Shown: in pieces, positions 46,611 through 54,433 of the stretch
How the letters are laid out: each line of letters opens with the position of its first letter
Position numbering within the stretch: position 1 is the stretch's first letter
NCBI GenBank assembly: GCA_902618385.1
Contig: CACNAF010000001.1
Coordinates: 40,207 to 104,206 of the forward strand
From: an uncultured Alphaproteobacteria bacterium
GTDB taxonomy: Bacteria; Pseudomonadota; Alphaproteobacteria; HIMB59; GCA-002718135
Reading direction: 5' to 3'
Length of the DNA: 64,000 nucleotides
Translations under genes and position numbers: made by a program
Notes under the pieces: model-generated
What the model saw: only the letters and a program-made list of their open reading frames with translations
Told to the model about the DNA's origin: nothing
Database searches by the model: none

Positions 46611-48770
46611 ATGAAACTAGATAAGACTTATGAAGAAAAAGTATACGCTGGAGTGCTCGGTAAATTAATTGGTGTGTATTTAGGCCGTCCTTTTGAGCAG
46701 TGGTCACATGAAAGGATTATGGAAGAGCTAGGTGAAATTAATTACTATGTTAATGAGCAATTAAATGTCCCATTAGTTGTAACAGATGATGATATAACTG
46801 GAACATTTACATTTCTCCGTGCTCTAAGAGAAAATAATTATGACCCTAATATAAGTCCAAAACAAATTGGTCAGTCTTGGCTTAATAATTTAATTGAGAA
46901 CAAAACAGTTTTATGGTGGGGAGGAAGAGGTCATTCAGCTGAAGATACTGCATATCAAAATTTAAAAGCTGGAATAGAAGCTCCTATGAGTGGATCAATA
47001 GAAACAAATGGTAAAGTAGTTGCGGAACAAATAGGTGCTCAAATATTTATTGACGGTTGGGCTTTAGTCACTCCTGGTGATCCAGAAAAAGCAGCAGATC
47101 TTGCAAGAAGAGCAGGAAGTGTCAGTCATGACGGGGAAGCAATCTATGGTGCTCAGATGGTTGCAGCTATGGAGTCACTAGCATTTGTTGAGACTGATAT
47201 TAACAAAATTATTGATGAGTCAAAAAAATATATCCCAAATAGTTCTCTTATTTATAAACTGATTGGTGAACTTCAAAATATGAGAGCTGGTAATAATGAT
47301 TGGATGCAGGCAAGAGAGTTTCAAGCTGAAACATATGGATATGACAAATATCTTGGCGGATGTCATATGATACCTAATCATGCAATAATTATACTGTCAC
47401 TATTATTTGGTGATGATGATCTTCAAAAAACTCTTATGATAGTAAATACCGCTGGTCATGACACTGATTGTAATTCTGGTAACGTTGGTTGCATTATGGG
47501 CATTAAAAATGGTCTTGAAGGCTTAAGGAATGGTCCAGATTATTTAACACCTATACAAGATAGAATGTATTGTCCGACTGCTAATGGAGGTGAAACGCAA
47601 ACTGATGCCTTAACAGAAGCTTATAAGGTTATTAATACTGCTAAAAAAATGAATAAAGAAGAAACTGTTGAGCCTAAAAATGGTTCAAGATTTCATTTTG
47701 AAATGCCTGGTTCTGTTCAAGGTTGGAGATCAAGTTTTAAAAATAACAAAAATATTTCAACTATTGTCCAAAATACTGAGTATGAAAGTAGTATAGGAAA
47801 AAGAGCATTAGAAATTAAATTTGACAGAGTCGCGCCTGGTGTTTGTTCTGAGGCTGTTGTTGATACTTTTTTTCCTCAGGAATTGTATGAGTTAACAGGG
47901 TCTGCAAGAGAAAGATTTTTTCAAAGTTATAACTTTATTTCCTGTCCACTTTTATATTCAGGACAAAATATAGAAAGTGAAATCATTTTTAAGTCGAATT
48001 CTCAAAAACCAATTACGGTTACATGTTTTATCAATGTTTTTGGAGAAGAGGATAATTATGAAAGAATAAATTCTGAAAGCGTAGTGCTTTTTCCTGATAA
48101 ATCACAAAAACTTAAATGGAAAATTCCTTCAACAGAAGGCAATCCTATTACACAAGTTGGTTTTTCTATAGAATCAGATGAAGCAAATTCTGGAAGTTTA
48201 ATTTTAAATTATTTAACTTTCACTGGTGAGCCAAATTGTAAATTTTCTAAACCTAACCATATTGGAAAACATAAAAGGGGTGTTAAATTTTCAAATGCTA
48301 AAATGTGGAAAGCTAGTTGGGTCGATGCTCTAGATAAATGGGATAGTGGAGAGAGAACTTTTAGAGTCTGTAAAGATAGTGGTAGAGGAATGTTAATTAC
48401 AGGAACTGATTTATGGAAAAACTATAAAGTTACTTCCGATATTGCAATTCAGCGAGTAAAAACAGGCGGTCTTGCTGTGAGAGTGCAAGGATTAAATAGA
48501 TATTATGGTTTAGTGATTAGTGCATCAAATAAACTTCAATTAATAAAAGTAATTAATGAACCAAAAGTGTTAAAAGAAATAGATTTTGATCTTGAATATT
48601 ATAAAGATTACAAATTATCTCTTAAAGTCGAGGATAATAAATTGTCTGGTTATCTTGATAATAAAGTTGTTTTAGAGTTCACTGATAATTCTGATGTGCT
48701 TGAAAATGGAGCTATGGGATTAATTGTTGAAGATGGAACTATGGTGACTGATGAAGTCATTGTAGAATAA
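46611..48770 (+). CDS. ADP-ribosylglycohydrolase-fold protein with a long beta-rich / lectin-like C-terminal extension, paralog 2
   Basis: 719 aa, collinear with paralog 1. Same blocks: VTDDDITGTF, GSVSHDGE, NTAGHDTDCNSGNVGCIMG, WKNYKVTSDIAI...GLIVEDGTM. Confidence 0.7.
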   Translation: MKLDKTYEEKVYAGVLGKLIGVYLGRPFEQWSHERIMEELGEINYYVNEQLNVPLVVTDDDITGTFTFLRALRENNYDPNISPKQIGQSWLNNLIENKTVLWWGGRGHSAEDTAYQNLKAGIEAPMSGSIETNGKVVAEQIGAQIFIDGWALVTPGDPEKAADLARRAGSVSHDGEAIYGAQMVAAMESLAFVETDINKIIDESKKYIPNSSLIYKLIGELQNMRAGNNDWMQAREFQAETYGYDKYLGGCHMIPNHAIIILSLLFGDDDLQKTLMIVNTAGHDTDCNSGNVGCIMGIKNGLEGLRNGPDYLTPIQDRMYCPTANGGETQTDALTEAYKVINTAKKMNKEETVEPKNGSRFHFEMPGSVQGWRSSFKNNKNISTIVQNTEYESSIGKRALEIKFDRVAPGVCSEAVVDTFFPQELYELTGSARERFFQSYNFISCPLLYSGQNIESEIIFKSNSQKPITVTCFINVFGEEDNYERINSESVVLFPDKSQKLKWKIPSTEGNPITQVGFSIESDEANSGSLILNYLTFTGEPNCKFSKPNHIGKHKRGVKFSNAKMWKASWVDALDKWDSGERTFRVCKDSGRGMLITGTDLWKNYKVTSDIAIQRVKTGGLAVRVQGLNRYYGLVISASNKLQLIKVINEPKVLKEIDFDLEYYKDYKLSLKVEDNKLSGYLDNKVVLEFTDNSDVLENGAMGLIVEDGTMVTDEVIVE

Positions 48771-48773
48771 GTT

Positions 48774-49757
48774 ATGAAATATAGAAAATTTGGCTCACTG
48801 GATTGGAATGTTTCCGAAGTTGGTTTAGGTTGTTGGCAAATAGGAGCTGATTGGGGGAATGTAACTGAAGACAGTGCTCAAGAAATTTTAAAATCATCGT
48901 ATGAAAATGGTGTAAACTTCTTCGATACAGCTGATGTCTACGGAATGGGTAGAAGTGAAAAATTTGTAGGCGATTTCCTTAAATCAGTATCTGATAGAAT
49001 TTATGTAGCAACAAAAGCAGGAAGACAAATAAATCCCCATGTTGCTGAGGGATACTATGATAAAGCTTTAATGGAGTCTTACGTAGATCAATCTTTATTA
49101 AACCTTAATGTGGAAACGATTGATCTTTTACAAATGCATTGTCCTCCAACAGAAGTGTATTCATCTGACAACACATTTGAAATGTTAGATTATTTAGTGA
49201 GTAAAGGTAAAATTCAAAATTATGGTTTTAGTGTTCAAACAGTTGACGAGGCTCTTGAATGCATCAAACGACCAAATACAAAATCTATTCAGGTTATATT
49301 CAATATTTTCAGACAAAAACCTGCTGAAAAATTATTTAAAATTGCAAAAGAAAAAAAAGTTGCAATTATTGTTAGAGTACCCCTTGCAAGTGGATTATTA
49401 ACTGGAAAGTTTAATAAAGATTCATCATTTGCTCCTGATGATCATCGTAATTACAATATTAATGGAGATGCGTTTGATGTAGGTGAAACATTTTCAGGCG
49501 TAAATTTTAATAAGGCATTAGAAGCTGTTGATGAATTAAAAAATATATTACCAGAAGGTATTACGTTATCACAGTTATCACTTAAATGGATTCTAATGCA
49601 TGATGCTGTTAGTATTGTCATTCCTGGTGCTAAAAATAAAGATCATGTAGGTCTGAATACTTCTTCTTCAGAATTAGATACTATTTCTTCTTTAATGAAT
49701 GAAATAAATAGTGTTTACACAAAATATTTTTTTGATGATGTTCATCATCGTTGGTAA
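48774..49757 (+). CDS. Aldo/keto reductase
   Basis: GLGCWQIG, FFDTADVYG and IPGAKN motifs. 327 aa. Confidence 0.9.
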   Translation: MKYRKFGSLDWNVSEVGLGCWQIGADWGNVTEDSAQEILKSSYENGVNFFDTADVYGMGRSEKFVGDFLKSVSDRIYVATKAGRQINPHVAEGYYDKALMESYVDQSLLNLNVETIDLLQMHCPPTEVYSSDNTFEMLDYLVSKGKIQNYGFSVQTVDEALECIKRPNTKSIQVIFNIFRQKPAEKLFKIAKEKKVAIIVRVPLASGLLTGKFNKDSSFAPDDHRNYNINGDAFDVGETFSGVNFNKALEAVDELKNILPEGITLSQLSLKWILMHDAVSIVIPGAKNKDHVGLNTSSSELDTISSLMNEINSVYTKYFFDDVHHRW

Positions 49758-50911
49758 AAATATTTGTGTCAGAGGAAATTAAAATATTTAGAAGGGCAAC
49801 GCTTGCTTCAGTAATCACTTCAACTTATCCCATGATAGTTGTTGGCTGTTATTTTGGTGTTACGCCTTGGATTTTTAATAGATTATCCATAGATGAATCT
49901 GATTTCAGTTTTGCGATACTGCTTTTTGGTATCTTCTTTATTATCTCTAATCAGATAGCAGGTCGTATACTTGTACCAAAGTATGGAACAAAATTAATTA
50001 TGTCTCTAGCTTTTCCATTGGTTACCTTTTCTACCTTTTTAGCTATTATTTCTTCTTCATATTTTTATTTTTTATTAACATTTATACCGGCTGGAATTGG
50101 ATGGGGAGCATCTGGACCAATAGGAGGAATACATAGTCAATTAATTGAAAAACATTTTAAAAAAATTATTACACCTTACTATGCTATGGGTTTCAATTTA
50201 GGTATTTTAGTTGGCGGTTCATTAGCAGGTATAATTATGAGAAATAATTATGAGCCTTATTTATTTTTTGGAATTTTATCTTTTCTATCACTATTTGTTT
50301 CTATTTTTGTATATTTGTTCGGATTACCTCGAAATTTAGATTTTAGAGGTGAAGGAGAAAAATTCAAAATTCCAGAGACTAATGTTCTTTTATTTGGGTT
50401 TTTATTATTTTTTGTGTTCGGTTCAGGTGGAATAATTATGGATTGGTCAACATTATGGTTATCAAAAGATTTAAATGCTCCTCTTTACTTAGCTAGTATG
50501 GGATTAATATTTTTCAGTATTGGAGGTATTTTTGCTAATCTATTTTCAAATTCTTTGATTAAATTATTTACAGAAAAAGTTGTTGGTTGCCATTTTGTAA
50601 TGATTGGAGCATCAATAATGTTTTTATCCTTATTAACTAATAATTTTTATATTATTCTTGCAGTTCTAAGTCTTTATGGATTTGCCATAGCTAATTTAGT
50701 TCCAATTGTGATTAGACAAGCAGTCAAACAGTCCTCAGAGAGTATTCCTATGACAGTTACCAATCTTATTACAATTGGATTATCCTCAACAATGATTATG
50801 CCAGCAGCAATTGGCTTTTTAGCTGAAACCTTTTCGCTTACTTTAAATATGTATTTATTGTGTATTATAGTCTTTACTTCTGGAGTTGTTTTTTTACTAA
50901 AGTTTAAATAA
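49751..50911 (+). CDS. MFS-type transporter
   Basis: 386 aa with about 11-12 hydrophobic segments. Non-ATG start (TTG 49751 or GTG 49766) overlapping the AKR stop. Confidence 0.6.
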   Translation: MVKIFVSEEIKIFRRATLASVITSTYPMIVVGCYFGVTPWIFNRLSIDESDFSFAILLFGIFFIISNQIAGRILVPKYGTKLIMSLAFPLVTFSTFLAIISSSYFYFLLTFIPAGIGWGASGPIGGIHSQLIEKHFKKIITPYYAMGFNLGILVGGSLAGIIMRNNYEPYLFFGILSFLSLFVSIFVYLFGLPRNLDFRGEGEKFKIPETNVLLFGFLLFFVFGSGGIIMDWSTLWLSKDLNAPLYLASMGLIFFSIGGIFANLFSNSLIKLFTEKVVGCHFVMIGASIMFLSLLTNNFYIILAVLSLYGFAIANLVPIVIRQAVKQSSESIPMTVTNLITIGLSSTMIMPAAIGFLAETFSLTLNMYLLCIIVFTSGVVFLLKFK

Positions 50912-50917
50912 ATTTAA

Positions 50918-51724
50918 ATGAATAAATTAAAAATATCTCAAGTTCAATTCCAAGCAAGTCACGTCCCAGCTTTAAATGCAAAAATTATTGAAAAAAGTTT
51001 TAATAATACATTAAAATTTAAACCTCACTTAATTTGCACACCAGAATGCTCGAACATCATTACTAATGATAAAAGTTATTTAATTTTTAACGCACCATAC
51101 CAAAATACATGCCCAGTTTTGAAGATGGCAAAAGATTTTGCTAAGAAAAATAAAGTAAATATAAATCTAGGTTCTTTACTTTTAAGAATTAAAAACAAAA
51201 GTAAATTGGTTAATAGATCTTTTTTTATAAACAATTATGGAGTCATAAAAAAAACATATGATAAGATACATATGTTTGATGTTGAAATTAATAACAAAGA
51301 AAAACATCAGGAATCATCTTTGTTCAAAGCTGGTAATAAAATAATTTTTACAAAAATTAATAATATTAAATTAGGAATGACAATTTGTTATGATTTACGA
51401 TTTCCTAATTTATATAGGCAACTTGCTAAAAAAGATTGTTCAATTATTTTAGTTCCTGCTGCTTTTACTAGACCAACTGGGAAAGATCATTGGGAGGTTT
51501 TGAATAGATCAAGAGCTATAGAGAATAATTTATTTATTGTGGCAACAGGTATGTGTGGAAATCATCATATGAAAAGAAAGACTTATGGGCATTCTCTTTT
51601 GGTAGATCCTTGGGGTAAAATTATAAATAGCACTAAAAATAAACCTGCAGTCATTAACTCAACTATTAATATTTCTGATGTAAATAAAATAAGAAAAAAA
51701 ATTCCTTCTTTAAAATATGAGTAA
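50918..51724 (+). CDS. Carbon-nitrogen hydrolase (nitrilase superfamily)
   Basis: Catalytic triad context: TPECS (Glu), YDKIHMF (Lys), MTICYDLRFP (Cys). Confidence 0.85.
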   Translation: MNKLKISQVQFQASHVPALNAKIIEKSFNNTLKFKPHLICTPECSNIITNDKSYLIFNAPYQNTCPVLKMAKDFAKKNKVNINLGSLLLRIKNKSKLVNRSFFINNYGVIKKTYDKIHMFDVEINNKEKHQESSLFKAGNKIIFTKINNIKLGMTICYDLRFPNLYRQLAKKDCSIILVPAAFTRPTGKDHWEVLNRSRAIENNLFIVATGMCGNHHMKRKTYGHSLLVDPWGKIINSTKNKPAVINSTINISDVNKIRKKIPSLKYE

Positions 51725-52340
51725 TTTTAAATCACTAGTTTCTGGCGTTGGCAATTTGAGTAAAACAACAAAATATTATGATGATTGGTCAGAAAATTAT
51801 GATGCAACACTCAAGTTATGGAATTATCAAGCACCTAAAAAGAGCATTAAATTTTTAAAAGAAACGATTAATATCAAACCAAAAAATATCTTAGACTTAG
51901 CATGTGGAACTGGTTTATTTGGTGCTGAATTAAAAAAAGTTTATCCAAAAAGTCATATTTATGGTTCAGATATTTCAAAAAAAAGCCTGAAAATTTCATC
52001 AGGAAAAAAAATTTATAAAAAATTACAAATAAAAAATTTTGAACAATTACATCATTATAAAATAAAATTTGATCTCATTTCCCTGATTGGCTCCATGACG
52101 TATTGCAAAAACTTTGACAAATTTTTTGCTAATATTAATAAAAATATTAAAGAAAAAGGCTTTGTACTATTTACCCATAGAATAGATTTATGGGAGAAAC
52201 AGAATTTTTTAAGTATTTTAAAAAAACATCAAAAGTCATTAAAAATCAATAAAATTTCTAGACCATTAAATTATCTACCTTTGAACAATGATTTCAAAAA
52301 TAAAATAAAAATAAAAATTGTTTTATTACAAAAATATTAA
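51717..52340 (+). CDS. Class I SAM-dependent methyltransferase
   Basis: Motif I ILDLACGTGLFG. 207 aa. Overlaps the upstream gene by 8 nt. Confidence 0.75.
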   Translation: MSNFKSLVSGVGNLSKTTKYYDDWSENYDATLKLWNYQAPKKSIKFLKETINIKPKNILDLACGTGLFGAELKKVYPKSHIYGSDISKKSLKISSGKKIYKKLQIKNFEQLHHYKIKFDLISLIGSMTYCKNFDKFFANINKNIKEKGFVLFTHRIDLWEKQNFLSILKKHQKSLKINKISRPLNYLPLNNDFKNKIKIKIVLLQKY

Positions 52341-52435
52341 AATTTAGGCTTTTTAATTAAAAAATTTGAGCCAAAACCGAGAATCGGGTATTTATTACTT
52401 AGGTTTATTTTCTATCCATAAACCAACGATGAAAA

Positions 52436-52467
52436 GAAGGGATATTCGCCGTGTCCCTTCTTTTTTT
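52436..52467. terminator. Hairpin plus T7 tract between convergent genes
   Basis: GAAGGGA-tattcgccgtg-TCCCTTC followed by ttttttt on the plus strand. On the minus strand it is followed by tttt. Confidence 0.6.
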
Positions 52468-52504
52468 ATACACTAGATAAAATTGATTTGGCAATAAATT
52501 AAAT

Positions 52505-52909
52505 TTATTTTTTCGAGTTAAAATTATCCATTTTTCGAAGTGTCTTTTCACTAACATGATGCTCTATTCCTTCAGCATCTTCTGAAGCTGTATTCTTGTC
52601 TAAACCAAGATTTAGTAAAAAATTGAATACAATATTATGCCTTTTTTTTGACTCACTTGCTATTTTTTGACCTTTAAAAGTTAAAAAAATTGATCGATAA
52701 GGTTCTCTTTTAATGAAACCCTGTGTTTGTAATCTTTGTATTGTTTTATTGGCTGTGGCTTGTGCAATACCCAAGCTTTCAGCAATATCAACAATACGAG
52801 CTTCACCTTTGGAATTTAAAAGTTCTGCAATTAGTTCTAAATAATCTTCAGTATTTTCTGTTTTATGAGCATTTCGGACTTTGCTGAAAGACATCCTTTT
52901 TTTTAGCAT
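52505..52909 (-). CDS. mntR: DtxR/MntR-family metal-dependent transcriptional regulator
   Basis: TEDYLELIAEL, winged-helix region ARIVDIAESLGIAQATANKTIQRL and EGIEHH metal-site motif resemble B. subtilis MntR. Start taken at the first ATG (52909). Confidence 0.75.
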   Translation of the reverse strand: MLKKRMSFSKVRNAHKTENTEDYLELIAELLNSKGEARIVDIAESLGIAQATANKTIQRLQTQGFIKREPYRSIFLTFKGQKIASESKKRHNIVFNFLLNLGLDKNTASEDAEGIEHHVSEKTLRKMDNFNSKK

Positions 52910-52943
52910 AATAATCAACAAAAATTAACAGAAAATGTAGCCA

Positions 52944-52965
52944 TAGCTATATTTATTAGCTATAT
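52944..52965. promoter_or_regulatory. Candidate MntR operator: two copies of TAGCTATAT, 13 nt apart
   Basis: TAGCTATAT at 52944-52952 and 52957-52965 in the 65-nt divergent intergenic region. The first copy sits in the palindrome ATAGCTAT, which recalls the CATAGC/GCTATG half-sites of enterobacterial MntR boxes. Confidence 0.4.
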
Positions 52966-52974
52966 ATACATTCA

Positions 52975-54123
52975 ATGAATGCTCTAATTAATGCTATTAA
53001 TGAAAAAACAAAGGTCATTCTTGAGAATGATGGAAGGTTATTAAAGAAATCTTTCTTTGGTTTATTATTACTTTCTCTTGTTTTTCAAGGAGGAGAGTTT
53101 GGAGAAGTTATACGATCATCAATGATAGATGCTTATATCCAGGTATCTGTTTTTGTTGGATTTACTCTATTTGTTTTTATTGGCTTGGATAGTTTAACAA
53201 AATTTGATGTTAAATATTTTTTATCTAAGACACAAAAGTTCCATGTCGGTATAGCTGCTTTTTTAGGTGCAATACCTGGATGTGGTGGAGCTATAATAGT
53301 TGTAACGCAATATATCCAGGGCCGTATTTCTTTCGGATCCTTAGTTGCTGTGTTAACAGCAACAATGGGTGATGCAGCTTTTTTAATACTTGCTATTGAG
53401 CCCACAACAGGACTTTTAATATTTGGTATTGGAATAATTGTTGGATCAATTTCAGGTTATATAATTGATTTTATTCATGGCATAAATTTTATGCAATCAG
53501 AGACAAAAATAAAAGTTGAATTTGAAAAAATAAATAAAACTTTTGTATCGAATTTTAATTTCTTTTGGCTTTTTTTATTTATCCCTGGTTTTATTTTAGG
53601 TATTCTAGTTGCATTCCAGATAGAATTTTCACCAGCTTACAACTCACTTTTAGTTTTTGTAGCATCTGCTGGAGCAATACTTTCAATATTTATGTGGTCA
53701 TTAAATCCATTAAGTGATTTTCAATGCTCAACTGACAAAAGTAGAGGATTATTATCAAGAGTAGTAGATACAACTAATTTTGTAACCACCTGGGTCATCA
53801 GTGGTTTTCTTGTCTTTGAAATATTTATGTACTTTACAAGTTTAGATTTAAAAATATTTTTTGATTTATGGCTACCGTTTGTTCCATTGGTAGCAATTCT
53901 ATTTGGTTTTTTACCTGGTTGTGGACCGCAAGTTGTTGTAGCAACGTTTTATCTAAATGGCTTTATTCCTCTTTCTGCTGAGCTTGGTAATGCTATTTCA
54001 AATGATGGTGATGCTTTATTCCCAGCAATTGCTCTTGCTCCAAAAGCTGCGATTTTAGCAACCCTTTATAGTGCAATTCCTGCATTAGTTGTTGCCTACG
54101 GATATTTTTACCTATTTGAGTAA
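52975..54123 (+). CDS. Multi-TM putative metal (manganese) transporter, two-repeat architecture
   Basis: 382 aa with about 10 TM segments. Repeated Cys motifs [10 protein letters not shown] and [10 protein letters not shown]. Divergent from the mntR-like gene. Family assignment (ArsP_2/DUF2899-type) is from memory. Confidence 0.55.
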   Translation: MNALINAINEKTKVILENDGRLLKKSFFGLLLLSLVFQGGEFGEVIRSSMIDAYIQVSVFVGFTLFVFIGLDSLTKFDVKYFLSKTQKFHVGIAAFLGAIPGCGGAIIVVTQYIQGRISFGSLVAVLTATMGDAAFLILAIEPTTGLLIFGIGIIVGSISGYIIDFIHGINFMQSETKIKVEFEKINKTFVSNFNFFWLFLFIPGFILGILVAFQIEFSPAYNSLLVFVASAGAILSIFMWSLNPLSDFQCSTDKSRGLLSRVVDTTNFVTTWVISGFLVFEIFMYFTSLDLKIFFDLWLPFVPLVAILFGFLPGCGPQVVVATFYLNGFIPLSAELGNAISNDGDALFPAIALAPKAAILATLYSAIPALVVAYGYFYLFE

Positions 54124-54127
54124 AATC

Positions 54128-54274
54128 TTGAAGAAAAACTTACCATCAAAAGTTTGTATTGTTTGCAATAAGCCTTTCTCTTGGAGAAAAAAATGGGAAA
54201 GAGATTGGAAGAATGTTTTATATTGTTCTAAGAAATGCTCTAAAAATGGATTAAAAAAAAATAATAATAATTAA
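54128..54274 (+). CDS. Small zinc-ribbon protein (DUF2256-like)
   Basis: [30 protein letters not shown] matches the CxxC...WRKKW...YCSxxC pattern. The start is either in-frame TTG 54128 or ATG 54089, which would overlap the transporter by 35 nt. Confidence 0.55.
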   Translation: MKKNLPSKVCIVCNKPFSWRKKWERDWKNVLYCSKKCSKNGLKKNNNN

Positions 54275-54283
54275 ACCTTATTT

Positions 54284-54433
54284 ATGACAGATAAATTAAA
54301 TAAAGAAAAAGATACACATCAAGCAAAAGATGATTCTAAAAAAGAAATACGCTTAACGAGATTAAAAAGGTTAGAAAAAAAACTGAAATCAAATATTTTA
54401 AAAAGAAAACAAGCTATTAGAAAAAATGGATAA
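54284..54433 (+). CDS. Small (49-aa) lysine/arginine-rich protein, unknown
   Basis: ATG ORF MTDKLNKEKDTHQAKDDSKKEIRLTRLKRLEKKLKSNILKRKQAIRKNG. Its last codons and stop overlap the murA start (8-nt overlap, 54426-54433). Below the ORF-track length cut-off. Confidence 0.3.
   Translation: MTDKLNKEKDTHQAKDDSKKEIRLTRLKRLEKKLKSNILKRKQAIRKNG

Noticed and set aside
52366-52384. 11-nt match (ACCGAGAATCG) to the T-arm region of tRNA-Thr (35143-35153), as a possible attachment-site remnant bracketing a 17-kb island
   Set aside because: The match is too short and covers only the T-arm core rather than the tRNA 3' end. There is no integrase or other mobile gene between the two sites. Chance or a simple hairpin explains it.
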